Numbered from the stretch's first letter, positions 49,092 to 62,270 are shown. The stretch is DNA of 64,000 bases from Desulfuromonadales bacterium (GCA_050485365.1 JBJHBH010000009.1:2192-66191); one strand, 5' to 3'. Notes: generated from the letters alone by a model not told the origin. Made by a program: numbers and translations.

Positions 49092-51197
49092 TCAGCCGAT
49101 AAGCGTTTCCACCGTCGCCAGAAGCTTGCCCTGATCGAAGCTCCCCTTGACGATGTAGGCCTGCGCGCCGACCTCGATCCCCTTGCGCCGGTCGTCGTCC
49201 GAGGCACGCGAAGAGACGATGGCGACCGGAATCTCGGCCGTCTCCTTGCGTCGACGCAGCTGCCGCGTCAGCTCGAACCCGTCCATCTCGGGCATCTCGA
49301 TGTCGGTCACCACCAGATCGAAGCGCCCCCCCTGCGCCTTCGAAAGCGCCTCCGCGCCGTTGATCGCCACCTGCACCTCGTAGCCGTGCGCCTCCAGAAT
49401 GTTCTTCTCCAGGGTGCGGGTGATGATCGAGTCGTCGACCACCAGCACCCGCCCCCGGGCGCTGCGCTCTCGCTTTTCGGCCAGCGCGCGGCGCAGCCCG
49501 CTCCCCCGGCTCTCGAAGCGGGCGTCGAACAGATCGGCCACGGAGAGGATCAAAGCGGGCGTGCCCCCGCTCAGGGGGGTCGCCCCGGCGAAAAATCGCA
49601 TTCGCTTCAGCTGCGATCCGGTCCCCTTGACGAGGAGCTCGCGGGCGCCCAGAGAGGCGGTGACGGTGCAGGCGAGGCTCTGCCCACGGAAGTGGAGCAA
49701 CAGGGCGGTGAGCTTCTCCGGCAGCGACGCGTGCCGTCGCGGCGCGATGTTCAGGATGTCGCGCAGCGCCACCAGGGGGACGAGCTTTGCGCCGTGCCGG
49801 ATGACCTCGCGTCCGCCTTCGGTGAGAAGATCGGCCTCGCTGAGGCGCACCACCTCGGCGACGTAGTGCAGGGGAATGGCGAAGATCTCCCCCTCGCAGT
49901 CGATGAGAAGCCCCGGCACCACGGCCAGGGTGAGGGGGAGATGCAGGACGATCTCGGTCCCCTGGCCCGCGGACGAGTGCACGATCAGATTCCCTTTGAT
50001 CCGCTCCAGGCTGTTCTTGACCACATCCATCCCGACGCCGCGCCCCGAGACGTCGGTGACGATCTCGCGGGTGGTGAAGCCGGGGCGCAAAATCAGGTAG
50101 AGGGACTCCTCGTCGCCGAGGGTGCGGGCCTCCTCCTCGGTGATCACCCCCTGGCGCAGCGCCCGGCGGCGCACCTCGGCGGGGTCGATCCCCCGGCCGT
50201 CGTCCTTCATCGAAACAAGGACCATCCCCCCTTCGTAGCGCGCCTCGATGGCGACGCGTCCCGAGGGGGGCTTGCCGAGGGCGGCGCGCTCGGACGGAGG
50301 CTCGATGCCGTGATCGACGGCGTTTCGCAGCATGTGGATGAGCATCGGCCGAAGGACTTCGAGCACGCTGCGGTCGAGCTCGACCTCCTCTCCGTCGATG
50401 TGCAGCTCCACCTCCTTGCCCTGCTCACGGCACAGGTCGCGGGTCAGCAGCGGCAGGTCGCCGGTGATCGACTCCAGGGGGAGCATCCGAAGCTCCATCG
50501 CCCCGGCATGAACCGCCTGCGTCTGGCGGTGCTGGTGATCGAGATCGTCATCGATCTGGGCGGCGAGGCGCTGCAGCTCCTCGCCAAGGAGCTTCGCCTC
50601 GCGGTGCGCATCCAGGCCGCGCAGGGTGCTCACGAAGGCGTCGAATCGCGCGGTGAGACGCCCCAGATCGTTTCGGTGCAGGCGCATCGCGTCGCCGGCG
50701 CTCAGCAGCTCGCCGAGGCTGTTGACGAGGGCGTCGAGGCGATCGACCCGGGCGCGCACCGTCTCGCGCCCCTCTTCGCCCCCTCCACCGGACTGCGCAG
50801 CCGCCCCCCGCGGCGGCTCGTGGGGGCGGTACGCGTCGATCTCGTGGAAGATCCCTTCGAGATTGCGCACGATCTCGCCCGAGGCGTCCGCCTCGGCGAT
50901 ACGCGCCTCCAGATCCCTGGCCGACTGCAGCAGCAGGTCGATCGTTTCGGGGGAGACCTTCTCCTCCCCTTCGCTCAGGGCCGTCAGCAGATCTTCGAGG
51001 GCGTGGGCCTCGAGGCCGACCGACTGCAGGCCGAGAACGGATGCCGAGCCCTTGAGGGTGTGCGCGCGCCGCAGCAGATCGCGGACCGTCTCGAGGTCGT
51101 ACCCCCCCTTCTCCAGCGCCAGCGCCCCGCGGCGGATGCGGCTCAGGTGCTCCGAGGCGTCGCGCACGAAGGTCTCGGCGAACTCCTTGGGCTGCAC
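49092..51197 (-). CDS. cheA: CheA histidine kinase with C-terminal receiver (hybrid)
   Basis: HPt RAHTLKGSA, HMLRNAVDHGIE, DDGRGID, SGRGVGMDVV, CheW domain, C-terminal REC. Confidence 0.95.
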   Translation of the reverse strand: MQPKEFAETFVRDASEHLSRIRRGALALEKGGYDLETVRDLLRRAHTLKGSASVLGLQSVGLEAHALEDLLTALSEGEEKVSPETIDLLLQSARDLEARIAEADASGEIVRNLEGIFHEIDAYRPHEPPRGAAAQSGGGGEEGRETVRARVDRLDALVNSLGELLSAGDAMRLHRNDLGRLTARFDAFVSTLRGLDAHREAKLLGEELQRLAAQIDDDLDHQHRQTQAVHAGAMELRMLPLESITGDLPLLTRDLCREQGKEVELHIDGEEVELDRSVLEVLRPMLIHMLRNAVDHGIEPPSERAALGKPPSGRVAIEARYEGGMVLVSMKDDGRGIDPAEVRRRALRQGVITEEEARTLGDEESLYLILRPGFTTREIVTDVSGRGVGMDVVKNSLERIKGNLIVHSSAGQGTEIVLHLPLTLAVVPGLLIDCEGEIFAIPLHYVAEVVRLSEADLLTEGGREVIRHGAKLVPLVALRDILNIAPRRHASLPEKLTALLLHFRGQSLACTVTASLGARELLVKGTGSQLKRMRFFAGATPLSGGTPALILSVADLFDARFESRGSGLRRALAEKRERSARGRVLVVDDSIITRTLEKNILEAHGYEVQVAINGAEALSKAQGGRFDLVVTDIEMPEMDGFELTRQLRRRKETAEIPVAIVSSRASDDDRRKGIEVGAQAYIVKGSFDQGKLLATVETLIG

Positions 51198-52984
51198 TAC
51201 TCCCCTTCCTCCACCAGGGCGCGCAGCCGCTCGGCCATCTCGTTGAGCTCGGCGATGGCCTGAGCCGTCTCCCCGGCCGAAGAGGCGACCTGGGTGGCGA
51301 CGTCGCGGATCTCGGCGATCGTTTCGGCCATCTGCTCGCTCGCCGAGGTCTGCTGCTGGGTGGAGACCTTGATCTCGCGCGCCGAGCGGCTCGTCTCGCC
51401 GGTCAGCTCGATGATGCGCTGCAGCCCCTCTGAGATGCGCGCAACGAGGCGGCTCGCCTGATCGACCCCCTTGGTCCCCTCTTCGGTGACCATGATCGTC
51501 GAGTGGGTCGCCTTCTGGATCTCGTCGATGAGCTCGCGGATCTGACGGGTGGCGTGCACGGTGCGCTCGGCCAGGCGCTGCACCTCCCTGGCGACGACGG
51601 AGAAACGCCTCCCGGCTTCGCCGGCCCCGGCCGCCTCGATGGCGGCGTTGAGGGCGAGGAGGTTGGTCTGGTCGGAGATCTCCTCGATGATCTCGATGAT
51701 CCCGCCGATCTCGCGGGAATTCTCCCCGAGCTCCAGCATCGCCGCGGAGATGGAGCCGACCTTCTCCTTGAGCTCGCCCATCCCCTCCACCGCCTCGTCG
51801 ACGGCGGTCATCCCCTCCAGGCTCGCCCTGCTCGCCTTCTCCGCCAGCACGCCGACGCTTCCGGCGTTTTCGGCGACCTGCCGCGCGGTGACGGCAATCT
51901 CCTCCGAGGTCGTCGTCGCCTCCTGCACGGCCGAGGCCTGCTGGTTGGCGCCGGAGGACTGCTGGACCGAGATGGCCATGATCTCGTTGGTGCTGGTGGA
52001 GAGCTGGTGCATCTCGTCCTTGATGCTGCGGATGAGATGGTTGCTCTTGTCGATCTCTCCCCGCAGCGAATGCACGATCACCTGCGTCATGGTGTTGAAG
52101 GCCTGCCCCAACCGCCCGATCTCGTCGTCGCTACGCACATCGATGGTCTGGTCGAGCTCGCCGCCGGCGATGCGGTTGGCGGTCTCGGTCACCCTCTGCA
52201 GGGGGCGGATGACCCGTAGCACGACGAGATAGATCGTGAGCGACGCCGCCGCAAGCATCCCGAGCATCGACAGCACGATGCTGTTTCGAAGCTCCGTCAG
52301 CGACTTCTGCACCTCCTCCAGCGAGATCCCCATGCGGAAGCTCCCCCAGTGCTCGCCGTTCACATAGATCGGCGCGGCCAGATCCCACAGGATCTCCCCC
52401 GTGTCGCGCTGGTAGATCTGCCGCAGGATGCGCTCGCCGCTGCTGCCGTCGAAGCGCGCGGCCGCCAGCCCCACCGGGTCGTTGAAGATGCGCTTGGTGC
52501 GGTTGGCGACGATGTCGCGGGCCGGGTCGCCCGTCAGCGGCTGGGAGTAGCGCGAGTTGTGGGTCGGAACATACCCCTTGCGGTCGGTCACCACGGCGAA
52601 CTGCACCATGCCGTCCTGCTCCAGGTAGGTGTCGAGGAGCGACTGGATCTTCTCGTCGAAAAATCCGTCGTAGGCCGTGTGGTATTTGGGGATCGACGCC
52701 CCCGCCAGCGGCCCTTCGGTGATGCGGCGATAGTCGGTATCGAAGATCTCCTGCAGGGTGAAGATCCCCCCGTCGAGGGCCACCTCCAGGATCGTCTCGA
52801 CGCCGCGGGCCCCGGCCAGCGCCAGATCGTTCGCCTTGAGGTGGACCGTCTCGCGCAGCACCTCGCTGCGCTGATGGATGAAGTAGACCGAGAAGATCGC
52901 CATCAACACGGCGAGCACGGCGATCAGGGGGAGGGCGATCTTGAGCGTGATGCTCTCTTTATACCAGCGCATGGTCATCCTCAA
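51197..52984 (-). CDS. Methyl-accepting chemotaxis protein (periplasmic sensor, HAMP, signalling domain)
   Basis: Two TM; sensor YHTAYD...NRTKRIFND; [15 protein letters not shown]; [27 protein letters not shown]. Confidence 0.95.
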   Translation of the reverse strand: MRMTMRWYKESITLKIALPLIAVLAVLMAIFSVYFIHQRSEVLRETVHLKANDLALAGARGVETILEVALDGGIFTLQEIFDTDYRRITEGPLAGASIPKYHTAYDGFFDEKIQSLLDTYLEQDGMVQFAVVTDRKGYVPTHNSRYSQPLTGDPARDIVANRTKRIFNDPVGLAAARFDGSSGERILRQIYQRDTGEILWDLAAPIYVNGEHWGSFRMGISLEEVQKSLTELRNSIVLSMLGMLAAASLTIYLVVLRVIRPLQRVTETANRIAGGELDQTIDVRSDDEIGRLGQAFNTMTQVIVHSLRGEIDKSNHLIRSIKDEMHQLSTSTNEIMAISVQQSSGANQQASAVQEATTTSEEIAVTARQVAENAGSVGVLAEKASRASLEGMTAVDEAVEGMGELKEKVGSISAAMLELGENSREIGGIIEIIEEISDQTNLLALNAAIEAAGAGEAGRRFSVVAREVQRLAERTVHATRQIRELIDEIQKATHSTIMVTEEGTKGVDQASRLVARISEGLQRIIELTGETSRSAREIKVSTQQQTSASEQMAETIAEIRDVATQVASSAGETAQAIAELNEMAERLRALVEEGE

Positions 52985-53018
52985 TGGGCGATCGGGTTTC
53001 GATCCCGCCGGCGGCGGG

Positions 53019-53576
53019 TCAGTCGTTGTCCATGTCGATGAGAAACTCGGGCTGCTGCAGGATATGGTCGAGGCGCAGCAGCACCGCGACCTCTTCGTCC
53101 GTCTCGAACTGCCCCTGCGCCGCCTCGCGGGGGAAGCCCGCGAGCCCTTCGGTCAGCGGAGCGATCTCCTGGACGGCGATGGTGCGCAGCCCTTCGACTT
53201 TCTCGACCAGAAGGGCCGTCGTCACCGCGCCGGCGTGCGCGACGATGAGCCGCTCCTCGGCGGTGCGCTCGACCACGGGGAGCCCCAGAAAAGGGCGCAG
53301 ATCGCTCACCGCGACGATCTCTCCGCGCAGGTTGATGATCCCGCGGATCGTCTGCGGAAGGGCCGGGACCGGGACGATGCGCGGCAGGCGCAAAACCTCC
53401 CGTGCGTGACGGGCGGGGACGGCGTAGCGCTCCCCCCCGAGCCGAAAGACGAGGACGCTCTCGGTGCGTTCGGGGAGCTCCTCGGCGGCCTCTTCGATGC
53501 CGCGCCGGTATTCCTCCTGAAGGGTGCGCAGCGTCTGCTGCATGTCGGCCGAGCTGCGCCTGTCGCGGACACTCAC
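53019..53576 (-). CDS. cheW: CheW coupling protein
   Basis: [36 protein letters not shown]. Confidence 0.92.
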   Translation of the reverse strand: MSVRDRRSSADMQQTLRTLQEEYRRGIEEAAEELPERTESVLVFRLGGERYAVPARHAREVLRLPRIVPVPALPQTIRGIINLRGEIVAVSDLRPFLGLPVVERTAEERLIVAHAGAVTTALLVEKVEGLRTIAVQEIAPLTEGLAGFPREAAQGQFETDEEVAVLLRLDHILQQPEFLIDMDND

Positions 53577-55447
53577 TTCTTCATCTCCTGCGTCTCAAGC
53601 CCTTCTCGGCAGATCTCGATGAAGAGCTCGCGCGAAAGCCCCCCCGAGTGGGGGACGAGGGTTTGCGAAGGCGCCTTTTCGAGCAGCCGCAGGGCGTTGT
53701 TCAGCTCACGCCGGGCGTCCTCGGCCTTTGCGAGGCGCCGATAGAGGCGGCTCAGGGCGTAGCGCGCCATAATGAAATCGCTTCGCAGCAGCAGGGCGCG
53801 CTGCAGGTCGCGCACCGCCTCGTCGGCGTGCCCCGTCGCCTCGTAGACGATCCCCTGCAGGAAATAGGCGTCGACCAGAAGATCGTCGATCTCGAGGGCG
53901 CGCCGGCAGCAGCGCAGGGCCTGCGGATAGTCCCCCCGGTTGGCCAGGACGAACCCCCGCCCCGTCAGGGCGCCGGCGTGCCGGGGGTCGATATCGAGGA
54001 TCCGCTCGTAGAGCTCGGCGGCGCGCGAAAACTCTTCGGCCTCGAAGGCCGCCTTCGCCTGCGCATAGAGCGCCTCGATCCGCGGCTCGGCCGGAGCGGG
54101 GAGGGCGGTGCGGCGCGGCGGCGCCGGCAGCAGCGCCCCTTCGACCCGAGGCGCGGCCGGGGGGAGCCTTGGAGCGGGCGGCGCCTGCGGAAGGGGCGGG
54201 GCGTCGCTTCGCCCCTCGCCCTCCTCCTGCGCCCGCTTCAGCCGGTAGCAGAACCCCTCGCCCTTGGACTCGCGCACGAAACTCTCGGAAACCTGCGCGA
54301 GGGTCTCGGCGTGCCCCAGAAAGAGAAAGCCGCCGGGGGCGAGGGCGCGCGAGAACTTCTCGACGATGCGCCGCACCGTCTCGGCCCGAAAGTAGATCAT
54401 GACGTTGCGGCAAAAGAGCAGGTCGATCCCCTCGGTCCCCGTCTCCTGCGACGGGTAGTCCCCCGTCTGCAGATTGAGGTGCGCAAAGCGCACCATGGCG
54501 CGGATCGTGTCGTCGACCCGGTATGCCCCCCCCACGGGATGAAAATAGCGGTCCTTGTACAGCGGGTCGGTGACCCGAAGCGACCGCGGCCGATAGATCC
54601 CCCGGCGCGCCGCCTCCAGCGATGCGGCGTTGATGTCGGTCCCCAGGATCTCGATCTCCCACCCCTGCAGCTGCGGGAAGTGCTCGGCGAGCAGCATCGC
54701 CAGGGAGTAGGGCTCCTCCCCCGTGGAGCACCCCGCCGACCAGATGCGCAGCGAGCGGCTCGCCCCCTTCTCCTTCACGAGGCGCGGCACGATCGATCGG
54801 CGCAGCGCCTCGAAGTGGGGCAGATACCGGAAGAAGTAGGTCTCGCCCACCGTCAGCAGCCCCAGCAGCTTGATCAGCTCGCGGCGACTCTCGGCGTAGG
54901 TGCGCAAGTACACATGATAATCGCTGTAGTTGTCGAGATTCAAGGCCCTCATGCGCCGGGCGAGACCGCGCTCGAGGATCTTGACGTTCCCGCGGTCGAA
55001 ATGCAGGCCGCTGTGGCGCTGAAGATAGTCCCGGAAGAGGGCGAGCTCCTCGGGCGAGAGGGCCGACGGTCCGCCGCGCTCCCCGCGGGCGCGCGCCCTG
55101 GCGTGCGCCACCCCCTCCAGCAGGCGCGCCGCGTCGAGGGGCTTGGGAAGGAAGTCCAGAACGTCGACGAGCTCGAATTCGAGGGCCGACTCGGCGGAGA
55201 TGACGATGACGGGGATGTCGCGGGTGGCGCCGTGGAGCTTGAGGCGGTGGAGCGTCTCCAGGCCGCTGCCGGGGACCGAGACGTCGAGGACGAGCAGGTC
55301 GGGTCGGACGCGGCGAACGGCCAGATGCGGCTTTTCTTCGCCGCTCAGGCACTCCACCCTGTACCCCTGCTCGGCAAGAAGCGCCCCGAGTTGGCGGCAC
55401 AGGGCGCGGTCGTCGTCGACGATCAGGACGGAAAAATCGCTCTTCAT
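53573..55447 (-). CDS. cheR: REC-CheR-TPR fusion protein-glutamate methyltransferase
   Basis: N-terminal REC (IVDDD, VLDVS, LPKP); CheR core (TVGETYFFR, IWSAGCSTGEEPYSLA, FCRNVMIYF, GHAE); Pro-rich linker; TPRs. Confidence 0.92.
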   Translation of the reverse strand: MKSDFSVLIVDDDRALCRQLGALLAEQGYRVECLSGEEKPHLAVRRVRPDLLVLDVSVPGSGLETLHRLKLHGATRDIPVIVISAESALEFELVDVLDFLPKPLDAARLLEGVAHARARARGERGGPSALSPEELALFRDYLQRHSGLHFDRGNVKILERGLARRMRALNLDNYSDYHVYLRTYAESRRELIKLLGLLTVGETYFFRYLPHFEALRRSIVPRLVKEKGASRSLRIWSAGCSTGEEPYSLAMLLAEHFPQLQGWEIEILGTDINAASLEAARRGIYRPRSLRVTDPLYKDRYFHPVGGAYRVDDTIRAMVRFAHLNLQTGDYPSQETGTEGIDLLFCRNVMIYFRAETVRRIVEKFSRALAPGGFLFLGHAETLAQVSESFVRESKGEGFCYRLKRAQEEGEGRSDAPPLPQAPPAPRLPPAAPRVEGALLPAPPRRTALPAPAEPRIEALYAQAKAAFEAEEFSRAAELYERILDIDPRHAGALTGRGFVLANRGDYPQALRCCRRALEIDDLLVDAYFLQGIVYEATGHADEAVRDLQRALLLRSDFIMARYALSRLYRRLAKAEDARRELNNALRLLEKAPSQTLVPHSGGLSRELFIEICREGLETQEMKK

Positions 55448-55496
55448 CCCCCCTGAGCCCTCCGACGACGCCGGAGGTCAACGCCCGCCAAAGGGG

Positions 55497-57179
<1,683 letters not shown>

Positions 57180-57250
57180 CGGTGTCGTCTCTTTCGCTTG
57201 CGCTTTCGCTTCGATTGAATGTCGTATGTCGGGGAAGACGGGGAGCCCGC

Positions 57251-57736
57251 TCACCCGGTCGTGATTGTCTCCAGAAGGACGACGGCGTGGGCGGAGATCC
57301 CCTCGCCGCGCCCCTCGAACCCGAGGGTCTCGGTGGTAGTCGCCTTCACATTCACATTTTCGAGGCGTGTTTCGCACGCCTCGGCGATGTGGGCCGCCAT
57401 CTCGGCGATGTAAGGGGCGAGCTTGGGGCGCTGCGCGACGATGGTGGCGTCGAGGTTGCCGATCCGATACCCCTTGCGGTGTGCCAGTGCGATGACGTGG
57501 CGCAGCAGCCTGAGGCTCGAGATCCCCTTGTAGGCCGGATCGCTGTCGGGAAAGTGGCGCCCGATATCCCCTTCGGCCAGCGCCCCGAGGACGGCGTCGC
57601 AGATGGCGTGCAGGAGCACATCGGCGTCGGAGTGCCCGAGCAGACCGACGGCATGGGGGATACGGACCCCTCCGAGGATGAGATCGCGCCCTTCGACGAG
57701 GCGGTGGACGTCGTAGCCGTGACCGATGCGCATCAT
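57251..57736 (-). CDS. ispF: 2-C-methyl-D-erythritol 2,4-cyclodiphosphate synthase
   Basis: [35 protein letters not shown]. Confidence 0.97.
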   Translation of the reverse strand: MMRIGHGYDVHRLVEGRDLILGGVRIPHAVGLLGHSDADVLLHAICDAVLGALAEGDIGRHFPDSDPAYKGISSLRLLRHVIALAHRKGYRIGNLDATIVAQRPKLAPYIAEMAAHIAEACETRLENVNVKATTTETLGFEGRGEGISAHAVVLLETITTG

Positions 57737-58425
57737 GACCTCTGCTGTGCGCTTAAAAGCGCGTTGGCGATGACGAGATCTTCCGGGGTAGTGATCTTGA
57801 TGTTGCGGTAGCTCCCCGGGATCACCGTTACCGGGTGGCCGAGGCGCTCCACCAGGGCCGCGTCGTCCGTGGCGCGAACCCCCTCTTCGAAGGCCCGCTC
57901 ATGGGCGGCCCGCACGACGGCGAAGGGGAAGGCCTGCGGGGTCTGGGCCTGCCAGAGCGATCCGCGCTCGGGGGTGGCGACGATGCGCCCGTCGCGCACC
58001 TCCTTGATGGTGTCCTTGGCGGGGACCGCGGCGATGCACCCTCCCCCGTGCGCCGCGCGGACCAGAGGCTCCACAAGAGCCGCCTCCAGAAAAGGGCGCA
58101 CGCCGTCGTGGATCAACACGATGTCCTTCGCCTCGGCCGTCAGGGCCCTCAGGCCGTTGCGGACCGAATCCTGGCGCTCCGCCCCCCCCTCGACGACGGC
58201 GCGCACCTTGGCGAAACCGTAGCGCTCCACCACTTCGGCGCGGCAGAAATCGATCTCGTCGCGGGGGGAGATCACGAAGATGTCGTCGATGAGGGGATGA
58301 TCCTGAAAAATCGAGAGGGTGTGGGCCAGGATCGGGCGCTGCGCGAGGCTCAGGTACTGTTTGTTGACGCCGGCCCCCATCCTGCTGCCGGTCCCTGCGG
58401 CGGGGATCAATGCGATGACGGCCAT
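57733..58425 (-). CDS. ispD: 2-C-methyl-D-erythritol 4-phosphate cytidylyltransferase
   Basis: [42 protein letters not shown]; start at 58425. Confidence 0.96.
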   Translation of the reverse strand: MAVIALIPAAGTGSRMGAGVNKQYLSLAQRPILAHTLSIFQDHPLIDDIFVISPRDEIDFCRAEVVERYGFAKVRAVVEGGAERQDSVRNGLRALTAEAKDIVLIHDGVRPFLEAALVEPLVRAAHGGGCIAAVPAKDTIKEVRDGRIVATPERGSLWQAQTPQAFPFAVVRAAHERAFEEGVRATDDAALVERLGHPVTVIPGSYRNIKITTPEDLVIANALLSAQQRS

Positions 58426-58529
58426 CTGCCTGCGGACTCTTTCGTGAAAAAGGGCCGCAGAACGGCCCGGCACATTACAGTGGATTGTGTGGCGGCCGAC
58501 GATGCGCCGGCGGGGCCGAACGGAAAGGC

Positions 58530-59012
58530 TCAGTGCAGAAAGATCTTTTCGACCCGCTCGGCGATCTGCTCCTCGTCCATCCCCTCGGCCGCGGCGATCT
58601 CCTTCACCAGAAGCTTTCGGGCGAGGTCGAGCACCTTCTTCTCGCCGTAGGAGAGCTCCTTGTCCTCGCGGATCTGGTAGAGCTCGCGCAGAACGGCCGC
58701 GACCTCGCACAGATCGCCGGTCTTGATCTTCTCGTTGTACTCGCGCTGACGGCGGCTCCACGAGGCGACCGCACCGCCGTTCTGCTTCTCTTCGAGAATG
58801 TTGTAGATGGAGGGGATGTTCGCCTTGTCGATCAGGCTGCGCATGCCGACCAGATCGGCATTGCCGACGGGAACCATGATGGTCATGTCGCTGTCGACGA
58901 TGCGAAGAATATAGAATTCCTGCCTGCCACCCCCCATTTCCCTGGCTTCAATCGCCTCAACCACTCCCACCCCCTGGGTGGGATAGACCGCAAGATCGCC
59001 GATTTTGAACAT
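58530..59012 (-). CDS. carD: CarD-family transcription factor
   Basis: [32 protein letters not shown] motifs. Confidence 0.95.
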   Translation of the reverse strand: MFKIGDLAVYPTQGVGVVEAIEAREMGGGRQEFYILRIVDSDMTIMVPVGNADLVGMRSLIDKANIPSIYNILEEKQNGGAVASWSRRQREYNEKIKTGDLCEVAAVLRELYQIREDKELSYGEKKVLDLARKLLVKEIAAAEGMDEEQIAERVEKIFLH

Positions 59013-59136
59013 GGTTTTCTCCTTTGCCTAACCTGATAAAACTACCACAAAAAAACCGGCAAGTCAAGCCAAGAGTCCAGTTTTCAGGGACTTAGGCACA
59101 GGCGGCGTCCGCGAAAGGGGCGTCGCGGCGGGGGAT

Positions 59137-60984
59137 TCAGTTGATCTGCTCGATGGCGCCGTTGCGAATCTGCAGCAGAAAGAGGGTTCTGCGCGCCTCG
59201 CCGCGCTCGTCGAAGGAGGTCGGTCCGCCCAGGTTCGGGAAGTCGCGCAGGCGGGCGAGGGCCTCGCGCACGTCGTCGCGGGTTCGCACGGTCGGGTCCG
59301 ACAGCAGGGTGAGAAGAATGTTGGCCGCGTCGAACCCTTGCGATTCGAGCACCGTCGGATCTTCGCCGTGCTTTTGGCGATAGAGCTCGACGAACTCGCG
59401 CACCACCGGGTTGCGGCTCTGGGTGAAGAAGCCGTCGACGAAGAGCGCCCCCTCGACGAAGGCGCCTGCCATGCGGGGAAGATCGGGGGAGTTCCAGCCG
59501 TTGATGCCGAGAAGCTGCACCTGCGAGATGCCGTAGAAGGCGACCTGGGGCGCGATCAGGGCGATGCGGTCGGCGAAGTCGGGGATGAAGAGCGCCTCGA
59601 AAGGGGGGGGCTGGCGCTCCTCGATGGGGGGTTCGCGCTCGTCGGGCCCGCGCCCGGCGAGAGCGCGAACCTGCACCCGAAAGTCCGTGGCGCTCTCGGG
59701 ATAGCTCTGGCGGGCGACGACCGTGGCGCCAAGCCTGCGGACCTCCTGGCTGAACAGGTCAGCCATCTCCTGGCCGAGGCGGTTCTCGGGGACGAGGATC
59801 GCGAAGGTGACGATCCCCTTCTCGAGGACGGCGTGGCGAGCCAGAGTGCGGATCTGCTCGGCGGGGGTGAGCGAGTAGCGAAAGACGTAGTCGCCCGTCT
59901 CGGGGATGCCGCTTCGCTGGGCGAGACTGAGCAGGGGAATCCCCTCGCTCTGGGCGCGGGCGGCCGCAGAGGCGCCGGCGCCCCCGGTGAGGGGACCGAG
60001 CAGCGCGACGACGGACGGATTCGCCCTGGCCTCGGAGACGGCCTTGGCGCTCATCTCGGCGTCGCCGTCGATATCGATGTACTCGAAACGCACCGCGGCG
60101 TCACTGTGCAGCTGCATGGCGAGGTCCATGCCGCGGCGCACCAGGGTCCCGAAGGTGCCGTATCGTCCGGTGAGGGGGAGCATGACCGAGACGGTCCGCT
60201 CGTGGACCCCTTCGCCCGTCAGGCGCTCGAACAGATGGAGGGCGTCGCGGCGGTAGGGGAAGGGGACGGGGCTCTGGATGACCCGCTGCGCCAGGACCTG
60301 CGCCTGGCGGCGCTCTCCGCGGGCGAAGGCCCGAAGGGCCTGCTGCAAAAGGGCGTCCTGCCCCAGAGCGGTGCCGGCGAACATGAAGGCCGCCTCGCCG
60401 AGATCACCGTCCTCGAGGCGGTCGCGCATCAAAACGTGGGCGCGCTGCAGCAGCTCTTCGGTGTCGGACGGCGCCGACACGCTCAGAGCGCGGTGTATGA
60501 AGAAGAGGGCCGGCAGATAACGCTCCATCCGGACGTTCGCATCGGCCATGGCGACAAAGCGCAGGCGCCGGTCGGCCCGGCTCAGATCGGCGTTTTCGAG
60601 CCCCTGGAGGATCTCCACGCCACGGCGCACCTCGCCGGCGCCGACGAGGGAAGCTCCTTCGACGAGGCGGGCCTCGTTCCCCTTGCGCTCGGCCGGAATG
60701 CGCTCGATGTAGAGGAGGGCCTCGTGATACTGCCCCGCGTCGCGAAAGAGGCGCGCCAGATAGAGGTACGCCTCGGGGAGGAGGGGCGACGCCGAGTGGC
60801 GCACCACGAAGCCCCGAAACCGCGACAGAGCCTCCTCGCGCTGTCCGGCGTCGTAGAGGTCCACGGCCCGGCGCAGATCCTGAGCCGACGAGTGCCCCTC
60901 GGCGCCTGGGGGTGCGGCCAGGGCCGCGGGGGCCGTCATGAGCGCCAGAACGAGGAGCGCGGCGATGAGTGCAAAAGGGCGCAT
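59137..60984 (-). CDS. LppC/LpoA-like penicillin-binding-protein activator (TPR plus periplasmic-binding fold)
   Basis: Signal peptide, TPR repeats, VMLPLTG...G, LLGPL, ALFIPD..D.I.LIAPQ, LLGINGWN. Confidence 0.8.
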   Translation of the reverse strand: MRPFALIAALLVLALMTAPAALAAPPGAEGHSSAQDLRRAVDLYDAGQREEALSRFRGFVVRHSASPLLPEAYLYLARLFRDAGQYHEALLYIERIPAERKGNEARLVEGASLVGAGEVRRGVEILQGLENADLSRADRRLRFVAMADANVRMERYLPALFFIHRALSVSAPSDTEELLQRAHVLMRDRLEDGDLGEAAFMFAGTALGQDALLQQALRAFARGERRQAQVLAQRVIQSPVPFPYRRDALHLFERLTGEGVHERTVSVMLPLTGRYGTFGTLVRRGMDLAMQLHSDAAVRFEYIDIDGDAEMSAKAVSEARANPSVVALLGPLTGGAGASAAARAQSEGIPLLSLAQRSGIPETGDYVFRYSLTPAEQIRTLARHAVLEKGIVTFAILVPENRLGQEMADLFSQEVRRLGATVVARQSYPESATDFRVQVRALAGRGPDEREPPIEERQPPPFEALFIPDFADRIALIAPQVAFYGISQVQLLGINGWNSPDLPRMAGAFVEGALFVDGFFTQSRNPVVREFVELYRQKHGEDPTVLESQGFDAANILLTLLSDPTVRTRDDVREALARLRDFPNLGGPTSFDERGEARRTLFLLQIRNGAIEQIN

Positions 60985-61004
60985 CCGTCTTCTCCAGAAG
61001 GGCT

Positions 61005-62120
61005 TCAGCCGAAAATCTCCTTCACCTTGTCGAAAAAGCTCTTCCCCTGGGGGTGTCCGTCCTCGCCGCTTTCGCGGGCGAACTCTTCGAGGAGCTCCTT
61101 CTGGCGGGCCGTCAGCTGCGTCGGCGTCTCGACCCGCAGCACCACGTGCTGGTCACCGCGGCCGTACCCCTGCAGCACCGGAATCCCCTTCCCCGAGAGC
61201 TGGAGAATCTTGCCGGACTGGGTTCCGGCGGGAACCTTGAGCCTGACCTTCCCGTCGAGGGTCGGCACTTCGAGCTCGCACCCCAGCGCGGCCTGCGGAA
61301 AGGAGATGGGGATCTCGCAGATGACGTTCTGCCCCTCGCGCCGGAAGATCGGGTGATCCTTGACGGTGATGACGACGTAGAGATCGCCCGGTGCCCCCCC
61401 CTGCAGGCCCGGCTCCCCTTCGGCGTGGAGCTTGAGGCGGCTCCCCGTCTCGACCCCGGCGGGAATCTTCAGCGAGAGGTTCTTCTTTCCACGAATGCGC
61501 CCGGTCCCCCGACAGTCGGAGCACGGCGACTCGATGACCTTGCCCGCGCCGCCGCAGTCGGGGCACGGACGGGTCAGGGAGAAGAACCCCTGCTGGTAGC
61601 GGACCTGGCCGGCGCCGCGGCACGTCGAGCAGGTGGTGGGCGCGGTGCCGGGACGGGCGCCCGACCCCTCGCACGTTTCGCACGGCTGATGGCGGGGGAT
61701 CTGGATTGTCGTCTCCACCCCGAAGGCGGCCTCTTCGAAGGCGATGGAGAGGTTGTAGCGCAGATCGTCGCCGCGGCGGCCGCGCCCTCCCCTTCGCCCC
61801 CCGGTGTTGCCGAAGATGTCGCCGAAGATATCGCCGAAGATGTCGTCGAAGGGGCTCCCCCCTCCGAATCCTCCCCCCGAGGAGAAGCCCCCCCCCTCGA
61901 GCCCGGCGTGGCCGAACTGGTCGTAGGTCGCACGCTTCTGTGGGTCGGAGAGCACCGCGTACGCTTCTGTGACCTCCTTGAAGACCTCCTCGGCCTGCTT
62001 GTCGCCGGCGTTCTTGTCGGGGTGATATTTCAGAGCCAGGCGCCGGTAGGCCTTCTTGATCTCGGTTTCGCTGGCGTTCCGGTTGACTTCCAGGGTTTCG
62101 TAATAATCGCGCTTGGCCAA
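61005..62120 (-). CDS. dnaJ: Chaperone DnaJ
   Basis: J-domain with HPD, G/F-rich region, four CxxCxGxG repeats; TTG start placed at 62120. Confidence 0.97.
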   Translation of the reverse strand: MAKRDYYETLEVNRNASETEIKKAYRRLALKYHPDKNAGDKQAEEVFKEVTEAYAVLSDPQKRATYDQFGHAGLEGGGFSSGGGFGGGSPFDDIFGDIFGDIFGNTGGRRGGRGRRGDDLRYNLSIAFEEAAFGVETTIQIPRHQPCETCEGSGARPGTAPTTCSTCRGAGQVRYQQGFFSLTRPCPDCGGAGKVIESPCSDCRGTGRIRGKKNLSLKIPAGVETGSRLKLHAEGEPGLQGGAPGDLYVVITVKDHPIFRREGQNVICEIPISFPQAALGCELEVPTLDGKVRLKVPAGTQSGKILQLSGKGIPVLQGYGRGDQHVVLRVETPTQLTARQKELLEEFARESGEDGHPQGKSFFDKVKEIFG

Positions 62121-62198
62121 AACGGTTTTTCCTCGATTCGCAGAAAACGGCACCGGGCTATCTTACATGGAAGCCCGCAGATCTGAAAGACTTTTCAA

Positions 62199-62238
62199 CG
62201 GCAACAGGAGCCGGGAAGACTCCCGGCTCCTGTTGCCG
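62199..62238. terminator. Perfect 18-bp hairpin between dnaK and dnaJ
   Basis: CGGCAACAGGAGCCGGGA-AGAC-TCCCGGCTCCTGTTGCCG; no U-tract on the transcribed strand. Confidence 0.55.
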
Positions 62239-62270
62239 ATCACATGCACACGGGGGCGATCGCCGAGCGA

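Noticed and set aside
48399-51263. 954-aa plus-strand ORF (and similar long ORFs such as 32307..34583, 59338..61356, 18745..20250, 55554..57173, 7749..9269)
   Set aside because: Antisense shadows of well-supported genes, expected in high-GC DNA; Arg/Ala/Gly/Pro-rich with no recognisable motifs.
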